From Deltaproteobacteria bacterium (lineage in GTDB: Bacteria > Myxococcota > JACRCW01): a stretch of 64,000 nucleotides of DNA. How positions within the stretch are numbered: position 1 is the stretch's first letter; the number at the start of each line of letters is the position of its first letter. Below the pieces are notes generated by a model. That model was given only the letters and a program-made list of their open reading frames with translations, had not been told where the DNA came from and did not search any database. The translations under genes and the position numbers were made by a program. Location of the stretch: assembly GCA_016218805.1 (NCBI GenBank), contig JACRCW010000157.1:1-64000 (forward strand), read 5' to 3'. This document shows, one piece after another, positions 61,368-64,000 of the stretch.

Positions 61368-61385
61368 CGGTGCGGTTCCTTGGTG

Positions 61386-63089
61386 TCAGGACGGGCGTCG
61401 GCCGCAGCAGAACTTGAACTTCTCTCCTGAGCCGCACGGGCACGCGTCGTATGGCTCAGGGAGTCGTCCAACTGTGGCGGCGATTTTCTCAAGACGACGG
61501 TGATGGTGCAGCTGCCGCTGTGTGTTCAAACGATCGCGCCCATGCACGCCGCGGCTGAGGATGGTGGAGTTCTCGCCGGCGAGGAGCCTGAGCTGATTCG
61601 GGTACTGGCGCACGGCCTCCGAGGCAGTCTGGTGAGACCGCAGCAACACCGGGAACAGTCTTGCCAGGTCAACGGCGCCGATATCGTCAAACGGAGCAGC
61701 CAACCCCCACAACAGCGCACGGAAATCGGACGCAGATTGTGACTGGGCAATCTCAAACAGGCGGTCAGGACCCACTTCGGCCAGCAAGCGCCCGGGGTCC
61801 GGCAGCTCAAGCCCTTCCATGATCCGTTGGACGTCGGCGACGGGTGGTGTGCGACCAAACGCCAACATGCGGATGCCGTTCAACGAAGCCAGGCCGTGTT
61901 CGAACTCCACCGCTCGCGCCCGGAGTTGGGTTGCTGCTCCCAGGTACATGTTCTGGTGCCCAAGGCGCGCCACCAAGTTCGCATCCCACACCCGTTCCCT
62001 TCCATCATTCAGTCGGCGAGGAAGGCCAAGGGCCGCCCGGATCTGGTCGCTTCCCAGTTCAACGTGCGTCTTCTCCTTTGCCCTGTCGGCGAGTTCTGCG
62101 GGCAACAGCAGTGTTGAGTCGACCAGCATCGCCCGCAACCCGCCGTCGGACGAGACTGACGGGTGAAGTCTGGACGCCCATTCGCGCAAGTACTCCCGAT
62201 GGTCGCCGCGAATGCGCCAAGCATCCAATTCACCGTGTCGGTCTCCCTGTTCCCACTGGAACTGGACGTCGGCTGTCGGCTCAAAAGCGTGCAGCCGTCC
62301 GGATTCTACTAGGTGGGCGACGCGGGCCTTCCCGAAGGCAAGGACGGCAAGGCCGAGGTGGCGGAACTGAATCCAGACCTTGTCAGCCAGTATAAGGGAG
62401 GCGACGAGGATTCGCTGAACCTCTACATCACGTGCGTCCAGATCCCCTGTCTGCCAACCCGGTCCGACAAGATGCGTGCGCGGATTCCCACCGCCCTCGG
62501 AGACCGTCGTGATGATGTCCCCAGGCAGCGTTGTGCCAATGGGGAATAGGTCGCTAACTACGAGGGAGGATTCCCCGCCCGTTGGCGTCGAAAGCTCTGC
62601 GGCCAGCATCCGCTTTATCGCTTCACGCGCGATGGCGCCTTCGGGCGCAGCGTGTTCTTCCCGGAAGTGAACCGTGGCACCGCGTTGGTTCACCCAGTTC
62701 GGATTCCGCTCCCCCAGCTCCCGGACCGCATCCCGAGCAGAGCGGAACCGACAACGGTTGTCGTGCTTGCTCCAAGTGCAAAGAATGACCGCGGGGCTCC
62801 CGCTGCCAGTCCAGTTCTTGAGGTGGGCGACCTCAAATTCTTCCCGGTGAGTCGAAGCGAAGGACTCACGCGTCGACTTCAGTTGGAGCCAGAAGGACAG
62901 TGGGCTGAGGTGGTGTGACGCGTCGTCGGCGCCTTCAACGACTTGGACGATAACGTCTCGACCAAAGTCGTGTCCTTGGCGAACGTAGTCGACAAGCCAA
63001 GGTGCAAGCAGGCTCTCCACCGCTCGCCGTGACTCATCCTCTTGGCGCAGGTTCCTTGGAATCAGAATGCGGTCATGGTCGCGCGGCAT
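61386..63089 (-). CDS. DUF4365-like (PD-(D/E)xK) nuclease domain + unknown central domain + SEC-C motif
   Basis: DFGRD...FWLQLKST N-terminus; PYDACPCGSGEKFKFCCG C-terminus. Confidence 0.75.
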   Translation of the reverse strand: MPRDHDRILIPRNLRQEDESRRAVESLLAPWLVDYVRQGHDFGRDVIVQVVEGADDASHHLSPLSFWLQLKSTRESFASTHREEFEVAHLKNWTGSGSPAVILCTWSKHDNRCRFRSARDAVRELGERNPNWVNQRGATVHFREEHAAPEGAIAREAIKRMLAAELSTPTGGESSLVVSDLFPIGTTLPGDIITTVSEGGGNPRTHLVGPGWQTGDLDARDVEVQRILVASLILADKVWIQFRHLGLAVLAFGKARVAHLVESGRLHAFEPTADVQFQWEQGDRHGELDAWRIRGDHREYLREWASRLHPSVSSDGGLRAMLVDSTLLLPAELADRAKEKTHVELGSDQIRAALGLPRRLNDGRERVWDANLVARLGHQNMYLGAATQLRARAVEFEHGLASLNGIRMLAFGRTPPVADVQRIMEGLELPDPGRLLAEVGPDRLFEIAQSQSASDFRALLWGLAAPFDDIGAVDLARLFPVLLRSHQTASEAVRQYPNQLRLLAGENSTILSRGVHGRDRLNTQRQLHHHRRLEKIAATVGRLPEPYDACPCGSGEKFKFCCGRRPS

Positions 63090-64000
63090 TCTTGCTCCAT
63101 GCGTTGCCTTGCTCCGGTGGAGGCGGTGGACCGGACGCCGGAGGGGACGTCACGGCGCGCTCGTCCGCCGTGACGCGGACCTCGCCGGTGAGGAGGACGG
63201 ACATGAGGGCGGACTTGATGCGGAGCAGCCCCGCGAGAGTCTCGTGCTCCACAGCTTGCCGGTCAGCAATCGCCGCAACTACCGCTACCAGGTCTCGTTG
63301 TTCACACGCGTCGGGCGCTGGCACCAGGATCTTCTCAAGGTCCCTGAGGTTGATGACTTGTTGTACCGACCCGATTGTCTCTCGAAGCATCCCGCCAAGC
63401 CCTGACGGTGATTGGAGGAACAGGCAGACGAACTCAGCCGACACTCTGGTGCCCAGTTGAATCAGCCCCACCTGACGGGCAATGTTTGCGCCAGCCAGCC
63501 GTTGCGGGGCGACGAGGGTGGCCCCGGGCTGCCCGACCAGCGCTACGAGCAACTCCCCGCCCCTAAGAACGGTGCGCGAGTACTGGTCGGATACAGCGCG
63601 CGTGATTGTTCGAAGGGTCTCTTCCCTCAGATGGCCTGCCGCCACATCTCCTGACCGAACGAAGCGAACGCCGGCCGGGTCCTCAGGACCCGGTTGCACA
63701 ACTCCGTAAGTGACGCTGCTGCCGGCCGCAACCAGCGAACCCAGCCTCACCACCTCCCACTCCTCCGGCACCTCCCCGATCTCCGTCTGCTTGAACCGCG
63801 TGTGGCGCCCCGGCAGCCCCCGCGTCAGCAACTCGGCCATCATGGCCTTCTTCACGACGTGGAGTTGGTCGATGACCGCCTGGGTGGATTCGATGGCGTC
63901 ATCCACCGAGGAAAGGATGGCGGCGATCTTGCGCTGCTCGGCGAGGGGAGGGAGGAGGAGCGACAGCGGCCGCAGCGCGCTGATGGTTAGCATCGGCACG
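63073..64000 (-). CDS. hsdS: Type I R-M specificity subunit (5' part outside the window)
   Basis: LPPLAEQRKIAAILSSVD, MAELLTRG, FKQTEIGEVPEEW, second TRD, LMSVLLTGEVRV. Confidence 0.95.
   Translation of the reverse strand, partial: VPMLTISALRPLSLLLPPLAEQRKIAAILSSVDDAIESTQAVIDQLHVVKKAMMAELLTRGLPGRHTRFKQTEIGEVPEEWEVVRLGSLVAAGSSVTYGVVQPGPEDPAGVRFVRSGDVAAGHLREETLRTITRAVSDQYSRTVLRGGELLVALVGQPGATLVAPQRLAGANIARQVGLIQLGTRVSAEFVCLFLQSPSGLGGMLRETIGSVQQVINLRDLEKILVPAPDACEQRDLVAVVAAIADRQAVEHETLAGLLRIKSALMSVLLTGEVRVTADERAVTSPPASGPPPPPEQGNAWSKNAARP

Overview
High-GC bacterial chromosomal window. The Cys-rich lipoproteins, TSP3-OmpA protein, DUF4388-like and HEAT proteins suggest Myxococcota or a related deltaproteobacterium (inference). 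Positions 1-51.6 kb are mostly backbone: rapZ-ptsH-ptsI, murI, hflX-rsmB-PLD, ogt, an Asp-type murA, malQ, an SF1 helicase and many secreted or Cys-rich proteins, plus a small ABC-ATPase/TOPRIM islet at 41.3-43.1 kb. Positions 51.6-64 kb are a minus-strand defence island: a Type I R-M operon (hsdS ... hsdR-M48 peptidase) with about 7.7 kb of cargo between hsdS and hsdR. The cargo is a DUF4365/SEC-C nuclease-like gene, a hidden 53-codon DarG-type macrodomain remnant, a frameshifted OLD-like ATPase-TOPRIM fusion, an ATPase + DUF4276-like TOPRIM pair, and a small ORF-HTH/ImmA-PIN unit translationally coupled to hsdR. The backbone visibly avoids TCGA while the island does not. No tRNA, rRNA, CRISPR array, integrase or transposase was recognised. 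All family assignments come from motifs read by eye, not from database searches.
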